From contig CAVOUE010000004.1 in assembly GCA_963699545.1 (NCBI GenBank), positions 128,001 to 192,000 of the forward strand: a stretch of 64,000 nucleotides of DNA, given 5' to 3'. This DNA comes from Nitrospirota bacterium. Lineage in GTDB: Bacteria > Nitrospirota > Thermodesulfovibrionia > Thermodesulfovibrionales > UBA9159. Positions 30,245 to 40,827 of this stretch are shown in pieces. The translations under genes were made by a program, and so were the position numbers. How positions within the stretch are numbered: position 1 is the stretch's first letter; each line of letters starts with the position of its first letter. The notes under the pieces were generated by a model that searched no databases, was not told the origin of the DNA, and worked only from the letters and a program-made list of their open reading frames with translations.

Positions 30245-30490
30245 TTATTTTACCTCCTTTCTCTTTTTTGAGGCCTCGATACCCAAAACTGTCCAGAAAT
30301 TGCCTGTAAATGAGCCATGAAAGAAAGAGAAGATGAACGCCGTCAGGACCGGCAATATGGCATATAATCCGCCCCTGCCGACATATTCATTCACAAGATC
30401 TTGCTTCACTAACAGGATTGTGTACAGCGCTAATGAAATAACCCCCATAAGTATCAACTTGCCTATGGGCTTTTTCTTTGTTCTTCCCAT
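30245..30490 (-). CDS. Small 2-TM membrane protein upstream of TauE
   Basis: AFIFSFFHGSFTGNFWTVLGIEA; AGGAGG RBS. Confidence 0.75.
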   Translation of the reverse strand: MGRTKKKPIGKLILMGVISLALYTILLVKQDLVNEYVGRGGLYAILPVLTAFIFSFFHGSFTGNFWTVLGIEASKKRKEVK

Positions 30491-30539
30491 GTCTGCCTCC
30501 TTTTAGTTATGGCACTGAAAGTGCCCGATTTATTTTTTC

Positions 30540-31009
30540 TCAGACACTGTCAGCCACAACTACCAGCGGGCACTGGAGATTCCGCCATGCATCGGAAAGC
30601 CCTGTGCCTTTCCCCTTGCAGTCAACCTCCAGGTTCTCTGTCGACTCGATGACCGCAAAGAGGATCTCTTTTTCAACGCGGTGTAGTCGATGATCGCCTG
30701 TTTCAGACACCCGCTTCTCTGAACCAGCCGGTGGCTGATCCCTTCTTTCCCTAATTCTGAGATGCATTCATCAAACGCCGTGTCCGGAGCATCGGTGGAT
30801 GAGACATACAGAATATCCAGACCCGCTCCGATCCTTTTACAGGTATTCATGGCGTATCTGAATGTTCTTCTGTCCACCTGCCCTTTCATGAGCGCGAGCA
30901 GGACCCTTCTCTCGTCCTTCAGGAATTCCCTGGCTGTTTCAAACTCCCCTTCCTCTGCAAAGGAAACCGCAGACATCAGGTCTTCTATCTTCTTCTTCAT
31001 GCTCCTCAT
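30540..31009 (-). CDS. FAEEGE-helix + USP-like protein (frameshift near 30680)
   Basis: KIEDLMSAVSFAEEGEFETARE...YAMNTCKRIGAGLDILYV...CPLVVV. Confidence 0.65.
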
Positions 31010-31017
31010 GGTAGCGG

Positions 31018-31191
31018 TTACCTTTTCGCTCCGGGTGCCGAAATCCGTGCCGTTTTCCGTGCAACCTGGGTATCACGCTTCCGATCCCTTGCCTCCTCCC
31101 GCATGATTTCCCTGGCTGTTTCAAACTCGCCAGCCTCCGCAAAGGTGATTGCTGTGAAGATCTGTTCAAATTTCTTTGTGAATCCTTTCAT
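31018..31191 (-). CDS. 57-aa FAEAGE peptide
   Basis: MKGFTKKFEQIFTAITFAEAGEFETAREIMREE...; AGGAGG RBS. Confidence 0.75.
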   Translation of the reverse strand: MKGFTKKFEQIFTAITFAEAGEFETAREIMREEARDRKRDTQVARKTARISAPGAKR

Positions 31192-31227
31192 TATCTTGTT
31201 CCTCCTTTTACTGATTACCTTTCTTAT

Positions 31228-31244
31228 TACATGTTTCGTGCCAA
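31228..31244 (-). promoter_or_regulatory. sigma54 promoter (variant -12)
   Basis: TTGGCACGAAACATGTA: perfect -24 element, GT in place of GC at -12. Confidence 0.65.
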
Positions 31245-31554
31245 GCGCGTTCACAGACCTAACCAGCTGAAATTAAGTGGATATTATCTTCTGTCAGACG
31301 TGAGCAGAAAATCTTGGAAGATGCAAAGTGCAACAGGAATAAGATCGCGGTGAGAGGATGGCGCCATAAATCGGCCTGCGGGCTACCGGCAGGACCAAAA
31401 AATATACTGTTGATATTTGCAATGGCAGCAGACTATATGAAACGCCACGGGAGAGAGAGACCAAATCTTGTTCAAGACGGAGAACATGATACAATTGGGT
31501 AGTAAACTCCAGGAACAGGAAAGGGCAGGTTCCTTTATGCCGCATGCCGGATTA

Positions 31555-31983
31555 ATGGATGAGAGTGCCATGGGACCAGAGGAAGGACCGTTACAGCGGG
31601 CGAGACTTCACATTCGGGGTGGCAGGAGAAGGTTGCGACAGGGGAAGCTGCCCGCCGGAATTGTCACCCTTTACGATGCAGTTTGTTCGGCCCTCGAATG
31701 GTATTTTGCATCCCCCGGGCGAAGGGAGGGGCTGATTATCAATGAAGATGATGACCTCCGGGATGATAAAACCCTTTATGAGATATTAACTCGCTCCGGG
31801 GTGCTCGACGGTCGTTTTGATTACAAAGCGTTTAACAAGCTGATAGAAAGGGTGTTGTATACCGACTCTGTGGATTTTGATCACCAGGAGATGTTGCATG
31901 AAGTTGAATCCTTCATGACCCGGCTTGGCGTCATGCCCTTTGATGAAGGAGAGCTTCCCCCGGAGGACCCCTCAACGTTCTAA
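31555..31983 (+). CDS. Hypothetical helical protein
   Basis: Coding-like ORF ending VMPFDEGELPPEDPSTF; start uncertain. Confidence 0.65.
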   Translation: MDESAMGPEEGPLQRARLHIRGGRRRLRQGKLPAGIVTLYDAVCSALEWYFASPGRREGLIINEDDDLRDDKTLYEILTRSGVLDGRFDYKAFNKLIERVLYTDSVDFDHQEMLHEVESFMTRLGVMPFDEGELPPEDPSTF

Positions 31984-32013
31984 GGAATCCAGGAGTTTCT
32001 CCGGCATATACAA

Positions 32014-34014
32014 TCAGTTATTGCCCAGGACCAGTGCAACAGCTTCCTCAATCCTGTCCACCAGGTGGATTGAGATATCTCTTCTGACATCTTCGCCGAG
32101 GCTGTCGATATCGGCCTTGTTCCTCAACGGGAATACCACGGTTCCTACTCCTGCGCGCCGCGCCGCCAGTATCTTTTCCTTAACCCCTCCAACGGGGAGT
32201 ATACTTCCGCTCAGCGTCAATTCACCGGAAATTGCTACGTCCCTTCTTGCCTGTTTTCCCATGAGAAGGGAGAGGAGTGCTATGGCGATGGTGGCTCCTG
32301 CGGAGGGACCGTCCTTCGGGGTCGCTCCGGCAGGGACATGAATATGGATATCGTGGGTATCAAAGAAATCATCCCTGATATGGAAAAAGGAGGCATTGCT
32401 CCGTATATAGCTCAGCGCTGCCTGGGCCGACTCCCGCATAACGTTCCCCAGAGAGCCGGTCAGGATGAGTTCCTTATTCCCCTTCATTTTCGCCGCTTCC
32501 ACAAAGATAATATCTCCCCCTACGTCGGTCCGCACGAGACCTGTGGCAACCCCGATCCTGCCGGTTTCATCAGCAACTTCAAAGAAATATTTTCTCGGAC
32601 CGAGGAATTTCTCCACTTCCTCAGAGGTGACCGTGATATTCTCTGCGGCTTTGTGGTGGACGAATTGAGAGGCGATCTTGCGGCAGACCGTGGCGATCTG
32701 TCTCTCAAGGTCTCTGATGCCTGCCTCCCGGGTATGTTCCTGGACGATTTTCAGAAGGGCGTCGGCGGTGAACTCGGGCGGATAATCCGCCAAACCCTGC
32801 TCCCGTATCTGCCTTGGCACAAGATACCCCAGAGCGATCTTTACCTTTTCATCCTCGGCATAGCCGGTGAACTCCATGATTTCCATGCGGTCTCTGAGAG
32901 GGTCTTGAATAACGTCAGGGATATTCGCAGTTACGATGAACAGAACGTTTGAGAGATCGAAGGGAACGTCGAGGTAATGGTCAATGAAGCTGTGGTTCTG
33001 TTCCGGGTCAAGCACCTCCAGAAGGGCAGAGGCAGAATCACCCTTGAACTCCTGCCCGATCTTGTCCACCTCATCCAGCATGATGAGCGGATTGATGACC
33101 TGAGAGCGGCGTATCTCCTCAATGATGCGTCCCGGCATCGCCCCGGCATAAGTCCTCCGGTGACCCCGTATCTCAGCTTCGTCCTTTATTCCGCCCAGGG
33201 AAATACGGGTGAATTTTCTTCCCAGGGCATCGGCCACGGCCCTCCCCAGAGAGGTCTTCCCTGTCCCAGGGGGTCCCGCAAAGCACAGGACAGAACCCCG
33301 TGAGGATATGGTGGATGTTCGTTTGCTCACGGCCTCCCTGACCGTCCCTCTCACCTCGTCCAGTTTAAAGGGCTTCGTGATGTAGTGGAATGCCCCTTTC
33401 TTCATAGCCTCGACAGCCGAATCCACCGTTGCATACGCGGTTATCATGATGACCTTGGAATCAGGGTATCGAACCCTCGCTTTTTCGAGAAGTTCGACCC
33501 CGTTCACCTTCTCCATTTTCAGGTCGGTCATGATAACATCGAAATCCGAGGTGCGCATTCTTTCCAGGGCTTCCATGCCATTGGCCGCAGTGACAACAAC
33601 GTAGTCCTCTTTCTTCAGTATGTGTTCCAGATTCTTTCTTGCAATCTCCTCGTCATCAACCACCAGGATCCTGGGTTTCTTGTTCGCTATCAATATCTTC
33701 ACTGCGAGATGATCCAGAATTCGTTCCTTGATCCGGTCCAGACCGTAATGCCGCTCATTCAGGATCCTCTCCGCCCTGCCGATGTCCAGATTGTCTTCCG
33801 TCTTCTTGTTCCAGGGAATGCTCAGGAGATATTCGAGATAGGTGAGCCCAATGGCATACTCCGCCGCAGATGGACTTATCTTCGACAGAGTCTCAAGTTC
33901 CCTGTGGGCGATCTGGAGGACACGGTCGGGCATTGCCGACGAGGTGAACATGTCCCTCAGCCCGTCGATGGTTGATGCCGGGAGTTGTTCCCCTGTCTTT
34001 TTAAAGAAACTCAT
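32014..34014 (-). CDS. lon: Lon protease lacking the N-domain, with an inserted receiver domain
   Basis: HYGLDRIKERILDHLAV, REC at about 33325-33675, GPPGTGKT, HRRTYAGAMPG, LDEVDK, PKDGPSAG, VGGVKEK. Confidence 0.9.
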   Translation of the reverse strand: MSFFKKTGEQLPASTIDGLRDMFTSSAMPDRVLQIAHRELETLSKISPSAAEYAIGLTYLEYLLSIPWNKKTEDNLDIGRAERILNERHYGLDRIKERILDHLAVKILIANKKPRILVVDDEEIARKNLEHILKKEDYVVVTAANGMEALERMRTSDFDVIMTDLKMEKVNGVELLEKARVRYPDSKVIMITAYATVDSAVEAMKKGAFHYITKPFKLDEVRGTVREAVSKRTSTISSRGSVLCFAGPPGTGKTSLGRAVADALGRKFTRISLGGIKDEAEIRGHRRTYAGAMPGRIIEEIRRSQVINPLIMLDEVDKIGQEFKGDSASALLEVLDPEQNHSFIDHYLDVPFDLSNVLFIVTANIPDVIQDPLRDRMEIMEFTGYAEDEKVKIALGYLVPRQIREQGLADYPPEFTADALLKIVQEHTREAGIRDLERQIATVCRKIASQFVHHKAAENITVTSEEVEKFLGPRKYFFEVADETGRIGVATGLVRTDVGGDIIFVEAAKMKGNKELILTGSLGNVMRESAQAALSYIRSNASFFHIRDDFFDTHDIHIHVPAGATPKDGPSAGATIAIALLSLLMGKQARRDVAISGELTLSGSILPVGGVKEKILAARRAGVGTVVFPLRNKADIDSLGEDVRRDISIHLVDRIEEAVALVLGNN

Positions 34015-34190
34015 CCTTCACCGGATTTCATCGTTATTCCGCTGCATGCCTTCTATAAGAATAGCATTGTTTCTCCGTGTATTCCAGCGACGAGGTTCTT
34101 TGTCTTGTGCGTGAGACAATTGTCCCCTGCATTGTTGCATGAGTTTTACCTGATGTTGCTTATTGCAATATCACCTGTTAGAATAAAAAT

Positions 34191-35714
34191 ATGCTCAGAT
34201 ATCAGTCGAGTATCCGGCAAAAGATAACTCTCGTATACTACGGCACGGTTGCCGTTGTTGTTGGTCTCTCTCTTTTTGCCTTCCTTGAACTCAGGTTCCT
34301 GGAAAAAAAGATAATGTTCGGAGAGGTGATTTCGGAATTCTTTGATACGACATTGGAGGTCAGAAGATTTGAGAAGAACTTTTTTCTCTACGCGAAGCAG
34401 GACGACTACCGGGAAAATGCCCGCTATGTGGAAAAGGCCCAGGAACTGCTCGATAAGAATCTGAAGGGTCTGAGCACCATTACCGAGCTTGGGCAGATCA
34501 TCTCTCTGAGAAGCGACCTCAGACGCTATCAGGATCTCATGAGAGAATACGCGTCCGCCGTTCCTGAGGTGGTGAGACCAGCACGGGGCGGCGGTCCTGA
34601 ACAGCACGGAATGGAGAGAACGATCCTGGAGGGAAAAATAAGGGAAACGGGCAAGAACATTATAGCGGTCTCAGAAGAGATATCGAAGACCGAGCGGAAA
34701 AATCTTCAATCCATACTCTACAAGTCCCAGAGAATGCTCATTCTCTCCATTTTCTCCCTTTCACTTCTGGCCCTTCTCATCGGCCAGGTGTTATCGAGGA
34801 TGGTTGTGCGGCCCCTCAAATCCCTGGAAGAGAGCATGAGTCGGATTGCCGAGGGAAGGTTTGAGAAGGTATCCATACATTCCCATGACAGGGAGATCGT
34901 ATCCCTCGCCACCGCCTTTAATAAGATGCTCAAGGAACTGGAGTTGAGGCAGAAACATCTTGTCCAGTCAGAGAAACTGGCATCCCTTGGAACGCTCCTC
35001 TCCGGGGTGGCCCATGAATTGAACAACCCCCTGTCGAACATCTCCTCGTCATGCCAGATACTTATGGAAGAGATCGGAGAGGCTGACGGGGAATATAAGA
35101 AGGAATTGCTCTCACAGATCGATGAGCAGACGGACAGGGCCCGGAACATCGTCCGTTCCCTGCTTGAGTTCTCGCGGGAAAAGGAATTCAGGAAAGAGAC
35201 GCTGCCGCTCAAGAGTCTTTTCGAAGAGACCCTCCGGTTTGTGAAAGGTCAGGTGCCGACGAAGATTTCGGTCACCCTCGATATTCCCGAGGATATCGCC
35301 ATACGTGCGGACAAACAGAGAATTCAGCAAGCATTTCTCAATCTCGTGAAGAATGCCATAGAGGCGGTTGCTGACGAAGGAGAAGTGGTCATCAGGGCGA
35401 AGAAACACAGGGCCATGGATAAGACCGGGGAAACAGCTGAGCTCTACAGCACCATGAAATATCGCGGCAAGTGCACCATCGAAGGAGATACCGTTGATAT
35501 CGAAATAAGGGACACCGGTGCCGGGATAGCCCCGGAGATCCTTCACAGGGTCTTTGATCCGTTCTTCAGCACGAAGGATGTGGGGAAGGGATCCGGTCTT
35601 GGGCTCTTCATCGTCCACGAGATCATAGAAGAGCATGATGGTTGTATCGCCGTGGAGAGCGAAAGGGGAAAGGGAACGGTCTTTTTTATAAGTCTTCCGA
35701 CCAGGGTCGAATGA
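34191..35714 (+). CDS. HAMP sensor histidine kinase
   Basis: LEVRRFEKNFFLY, 2 TM, AHELNNPLSNI, GSGLGL. Confidence 0.95.
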   Translation: MLRYQSSIRQKITLVYYGTVAVVVGLSLFAFLELRFLEKKIMFGEVISEFFDTTLEVRRFEKNFFLYAKQDDYRENARYVEKAQELLDKNLKGLSTITELGQIISLRSDLRRYQDLMREYASAVPEVVRPARGGGPEQHGMERTILEGKIRETGKNIIAVSEEISKTERKNLQSILYKSQRMLILSIFSLSLLALLIGQVLSRMVVRPLKSLEESMSRIAEGRFEKVSIHSHDREIVSLATAFNKMLKELELRQKHLVQSEKLASLGTLLSGVAHELNNPLSNISSSCQILMEEIGEADGEYKKELLSQIDEQTDRARNIVRSLLEFSREKEFRKETLPLKSLFEETLRFVKGQVPTKISVTLDIPEDIAIRADKQRIQQAFLNLVKNAIEAVADEGEVVIRAKKHRAMDKTGETAELYSTMKYRGKCTIEGDTVDIEIRDTGAGIAPEILHRVFDPFFSTKDVGKGSGLGLFIVHEIIEEHDGCIAVESERGKGTVFFISLPTRVE

Positions 35715-35782
35715 GCAGGGCGGCCATAAGGTATCGTGGGATGGATGTGCGAATGTACCTCAGAAGACATCGGAAATAAGGA

Positions 35783-37156
35783 GTGATGCGAATGCAAAAC
35801 GGTGCAAGAATATTGATCGTGGACGATGAAAAGATCGCCCTCAGGAACCTCGAACATGTAATGAAAAAGGAGGGCTATGCAGTAGCGGCCACGCAGAGCG
35901 GCCAGAATGCCCTCAAACTCCTGGAAGAGCAGCAGTTCGATGTTGTTCTCACCGACCTTAGAATGGAAAAGGTCGACGGGATGCAGATACTGAAGAGATG
36001 TCGCGAACTCTCTCCGGATACCGAGGTGATCATGATAACAGGCTTTGCCACGCTGGAGTCGGCGGTGAATACAATGAAGCACGGGGCCTTCTTTTACATA
36101 GCAAAACCTTTTAAGTTGGACGAGGTGAGGAAAGTGGTGAGGGAGGCTGTGGAAAAAGTGAGGCTGAAGACCGAGAACAGACAGCTGAGAGAGCAGCTCG
36201 AGAAGTATCAGGGGAAGGTGAAGATCATCACCCAGGATGCCAACATGGAGAGACTCCTGGATACGGCGCGGCAGATCGCTCCCACTGACTGCAATGTCAT
36301 CATTACGGGAGAGAGCGGCACGGGCAAGGAACTGTTTGCCCGATACATTCATTTCAACAGTAAACGTTCTGAGGGCCCCTTTTCTGCAATAAATTGCGGG
36401 GCGTTTACTGAAGAACTTCTGGGGAACGAGCTCTTCGGCCATGAAAAAGGCGCTTTTACCGGCGCCTCCACGATGAAGAAGGGATTGATAGAGACAGCCT
36501 CGGGAGGCACGCTTTTTCTTGACGAGATCACAGAGATGCCCCCTTCCATGCAGGTGAAACTGCTGAGGGTGGTGCAGGAGAGGGAGGTTCTGAGGCTTGG
36601 CGGAACAGAGCCGGTGCGCGTGGATGTGAGATGTATCGCTGCGACCAACAGGGATCTGCAGGACGCGACAAGAACGGGGCACTTCAGACAGGACCTCTAT
36701 TTCAGACTGAATGTGGTGTCGCTGCATATACCGCCCCTTTCGGAACGGAAAGAGGACATACCCCTGTTGGGCTACTATTTCCTGAAGAAGTATTCCTCCC
36801 TGATGAAAAAGAATGTCACGGAGATATCCCCTGAGGTGATCACGCTCCTCATGAACTACGGTTTCCCGGGGAATGTGAGGGAACTGGAGAATATCACAGA
36901 GCGGGGTGTTGCCCTTTCCAACGGGACGACCATTGAGGCGGCACATCTCCCCGAAGACCTGAGGGAACTCAGCATTCGGACATTCAGGAAGAGAGAGGGG
37001 AAGATCCCTTCCCTGGAAGAGCAGGAAATGGCGTATATCCAGTGGGTGTTGAATGAGGTGGGTGGCAACAAGACACTGACCGCCCAGATACTGGGAATAG
37101 ACAGGGTCTCCCTCTGGAGGAAGCTGAAGAGGTACGGATTAGAGTCCCAGCTGTAA
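35783..37156 (+). CDS. NtrC-family sigma54 response regulator
   Basis: REC, GESGTGKE, GAFTGA, HTH. Confidence 0.95.
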   Translation: MMRMQNGARILIVDDEKIALRNLEHVMKKEGYAVAATQSGQNALKLLEEQQFDVVLTDLRMEKVDGMQILKRCRELSPDTEVIMITGFATLESAVNTMKHGAFFYIAKPFKLDEVRKVVREAVEKVRLKTENRQLREQLEKYQGKVKIITQDANMERLLDTARQIAPTDCNVIITGESGTGKELFARYIHFNSKRSEGPFSAINCGAFTEELLGNELFGHEKGAFTGASTMKKGLIETASGGTLFLDEITEMPPSMQVKLLRVVQEREVLRLGGTEPVRVDVRCIAATNRDLQDATRTGHFRQDLYFRLNVVSLHIPPLSERKEDIPLLGYYFLKKYSSLMKKNVTEISPEVITLLMNYGFPGNVRELENITERGVALSNGTTIEAAHLPEDLRELSIRTFRKREGKIPSLEEQEMAYIQWVLNEVGGNKTLTAQILGIDRVSLWRKLKRYGLESQL

Positions 37157-37175
37157 AAGACCAGGCGCAGATCCC

Positions 37176-37961
37176 TCAGACCGGGTGGACGAGCACAAGC
37201 GGTTTGTTCGTGACCCCCGGCTCCCTGTCCGAGAGGATAGCTGCGGCTTTGCTCAGTTCTGACGGTTCGTTCCCTCCTGCCGGCATGATGATCATGGAGA
37301 CGGAATATCCGTCTGCGACCCTCAGGATCTCCTCGTCGGGATACCCGGAGCGGATGACCTCTTTTGTCTCGACCTGCCGCTCGGTGAGGTTCTTTTTTAC
37401 TTGTTTGACGAGGACAGAAGTTTGCCGTTTGACCTTCTCCAGTTCTGTCTTCTCCCCTGCGCTGTAAATGTGTATCGGCACTATGCCCAGAAGAATGACC
37501 GCTGAACCGGTAGCCTTCACCTCTTCCGAGATAAGATCCAGCGTGGCCGGTGGAACATCCGTATTGTCCAGCGGAACAAGAATGTTTCCAGGGATGATTG
37601 AGACCGGGCAGGGCGCGCTTTTCACTATCGATTTGTATCGGGGAGGAGAGAAGATGATATCCGCGTTTTCCGCGCCTGCCAGTTTTACGATCTCCTCGGC
37701 GGGGTCGCCGTCCTCGACAACGATGCGGCTCTTTGTGTCTGCCGCTCTTTCAAGGACCCTCCGTGCATCTTCCACATACCGTGCAGACTCTATTCGTGCC
37801 ATCTGCTCCGCTCCCGGACCTGCATCGTAGTCAACGAACATGTTCGCGTTGAATACATGAAGCACAAGAAGTTCCCCTCCCTGTTCCCTCACTTTTTGTA
37901 TCCCGTACTTCAAAGCTGTTTTTGAATTCAATGATCCATCATACGCCACCAATGCCTTCAT
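37176..37961 (-). CDS. Tandem-domain universal stress protein (atypical)
   Basis: KALVAYDGS, APCPV, ILVPLD; lacks the G-x2-G-x9-GS ATP motif. Confidence 0.8.
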   Translation of the reverse strand: MKALVAYDGSLNSKTALKYGIQKVREQGGELLVLHVFNANMFVDYDAGPGAEQMARIESARYVEDARRVLERAADTKSRIVVEDGDPAEEIVKLAGAENADIIFSPPRYKSIVKSAPCPVSIIPGNILVPLDNTDVPPATLDLISEEVKATGSAVILLGIVPIHIYSAGEKTELEKVKRQTSVLVKQVKKNLTERQVETKEVIRSGYPDEEILRVADGYSVSMIIMPAGGNEPSELSKAAAILSDREPGVTNKPLVLVHPV

Positions 37962-37994
37962 ATCACACCTCCATGATGAATATATGACTTACAA

Positions 37995-38011
37995 AGCATA
38001 GACTGTGCCAA
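37995..38011 (-). promoter_or_regulatory. sigma54 promoter
   Basis: TTGGCACAGTCTATGCT. Confidence 0.85.
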
Positions 38012-38026
38012 AATAAGAATGAGCAA

Positions 38027-38091
38027 TATCAATGAGTTGTTCCAGACATGCAGCCGTTTCACTGCAAAGCAGCATGCAAGGAATTACTGCG
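38027..38091. promoter_or_regulatory. IHF site + paired bEBP enhancer-like sites
   Basis: TATCAATGAGTTG matches WATCAANNNNTTR; TGCAG-N8-CTGCA (38049-66) and TGCAAG..TTACTGCG (38075-91). Confidence 0.6.
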
Positions 38092-38278
38092 CTCCTCAAT
38101 TTTCGACCGCTTGGGGCAATAATAAACCAATAGGCAACATATAGTTGCATCAGAGTTTTCTTGATGACCTCGTAATGTCGCTCATTTTCTTTGCAATTAG
38201 CGAAATAATGTGCATCAATAAATTGCTTCATAGCCGCCCTTGCAGACAATATATGTTTCAAAAACAATATGTTGTACG

Positions 38279-38295
38279 CTGGCATGGCTATTGCC
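38279..38295 (+). promoter_or_regulatory. sigma54 promoter
   Basis: CTGGCATGGCTATTGCC. Confidence 0.75.
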
Positions 38296-38339
38296 ATTAA
38301 TACATATGGTTCTCATTCTTTCTCATGCGGAGGGCGGAA

Positions 38340-38555
38340 ATGATAGAACACTGGTTATCAGATTCAAGACTTATAATTCTTATTGCCATGACTTTCATGA
38401 GCTATTTGGCCTTTCCGGGAATTTCTGCGGATCTTTGGCAGGGTCTCAGGGGGAATTTGACCGCGCGCAGAACAAAGAAGATCTGCAGAAGGAAAAAAGA
38501 GAGAGAAGAGAGGCTGAAGAAATACTGGGAGATCGACATGAGGAACTTCAAGTAA
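38340..38555 (+). CDS. Small membrane protein with basic tail
   Basis: One TM then K/R/E-rich helix; GGAGG RBS; lies downstream of a sigma54 promoter. Confidence 0.55.
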   Translation: MIEHWLSDSRLIILIAMTFMSYLAFPGISADLWQGLRGNLTARRTKKICRRKKEREERLKKYWEIDMRNFK

Positions 38556-38757
38556 GCCTGTAGGACACGATGTAGAGGAGATAAACCAGGAGGGCCACGG
38601 GAGAAAAGCTGTAGAAATAGGGTGCAATGAACGCTGCAAGCCTGCCGAAAATGTTGTGCTTCCTCAGTATCCCTTGAAACAGGATGGACATGCCCAGAAG
38701 CATCTGAAGAGCTGCCACCGCAAAACTGCCGTTCGTTGAAAAATCATGATCCATCAT
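38548..38757 (-). CDS. Small 2-TM protein
   Basis: Hydrophobic ORF with GGAGG RBS. Confidence 0.55.
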   Translation of the reverse strand: MMDHDFSTNGSFAVAALQMLLGMSILFQGILRKHNIFGRLAAFIAPYFYSFSPVALLVYLLYIVSYRLT

Positions 38758-38820
38758 CGCTGCCTCCGTATATCTCTCATTGCGTAAGGGCAGCCTTAAG
38801 GGGCTGCCCTTATGTTTCCT

Positions 38821-39258
38821 TTAGTGAACTGAGATCACTGCCATCTTCAGTTTTTCTGTCCCGTCAAGGATGGTATTCTCGGTTGCCTGTCTTCCCCGGT
38901 CCTCCGCCATCCTCCTGAATCTCTTTATAATTGATCTATATCGGGGCGGGCAGAGCAGTACGTCTACATCTCTGTCCGTCGCAAACCGTATGGTCGCATC
39001 TTCCGGGTCACCCTCTCCGGCAAACAAACTCGCCTTCACACCCGACTCCTTCATAAGGTGTTTTGCCTCCTCCATTTGCCTGGCGGATTCCCTCCTCGCC
39101 GCCTCAACCGCACCCGCAACATCATAATCGACAAATTGAGCACTGTTGAATATATGGAGGGCAAGAACTTCTCCCCCGTTTTCCTTCACTTTCTCCATCC
39201 CGTATCTGAGCGCTTCCTTTGCCTGCAATGTCCCATCATATGCTACTAATACCTTCAT
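38821..39258 (-). CDS. Universal stress protein (atypical, paralog of the 37961 N-domain)
   Basis: MKVLVAYDGT..ALRYG.EKV...GGE.L.LH.FN...FVDYD...PPRY.SI. Confidence 0.85.
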   Translation of the reverse strand: MKVLVAYDGTLQAKEALRYGMEKVKENGGEVLALHIFNSAQFVDYDVAGAVEAARRESARQMEEAKHLMKESGVKASLFAGEGDPEDATIRFATDRDVDVLLCPPRYRSIIKRFRRMAEDRGRQATENTILDGTEKLKMAVISVH

Positions 39259-39305
39259 CGATCCGTCCTCCTTATAAAGTATTTTTTGATTCCTGACCAT
39301 ACTAA

Positions 39306-39322
39306 AGCATCTGCCATGCCAG
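39306..39322 (-). promoter_or_regulatory. sigma54 promoter
   Basis: CTGGCATGGCAGATGCT. Confidence 0.8.
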
Positions 39323-39360
39323 AAAATAGTCTCAATGATTTCCAATGGTTACAATAAGGG

Positions 39361-39403
39361 TGCAGTATTTGGACTGCAGAGGGACACGCAAGTTCTTACT
39401 GCG
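39361..39403. promoter_or_regulatory. Paired bEBP enhancer-like sites
   Basis: TGCAGTATTTGGACTGCA + 8 nt + CGCAAGTTCTTACTGCG; same layout as 38049-38091. Confidence 0.6.
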
Positions 39404-39426
39404 GTTTTCTCAGGGAAGGGGTAATT

Positions 39427-40819
<1,393 letters not shown>

Positions 40820-40827
<8 letters not shown>

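Noticed and set aside
30509-30526. GGCACTGAAAGTGCC as a sigma54 promoter
   Set aside because: It fits GG-N10-GC on both strands only because it is palindromic, and it is too close to the RBS; more likely a hairpin.
31555-31983. HEPN nuclease interpretation
   Set aside because: The helical pattern is vaguely similar, but there is no Rx4-6H motif.
35543-36946. Long antisense ORFs (also 9137-10294, 44099-44989 and others)
   Set aside because: Shadow frames of well-supported genes on the opposite strand.
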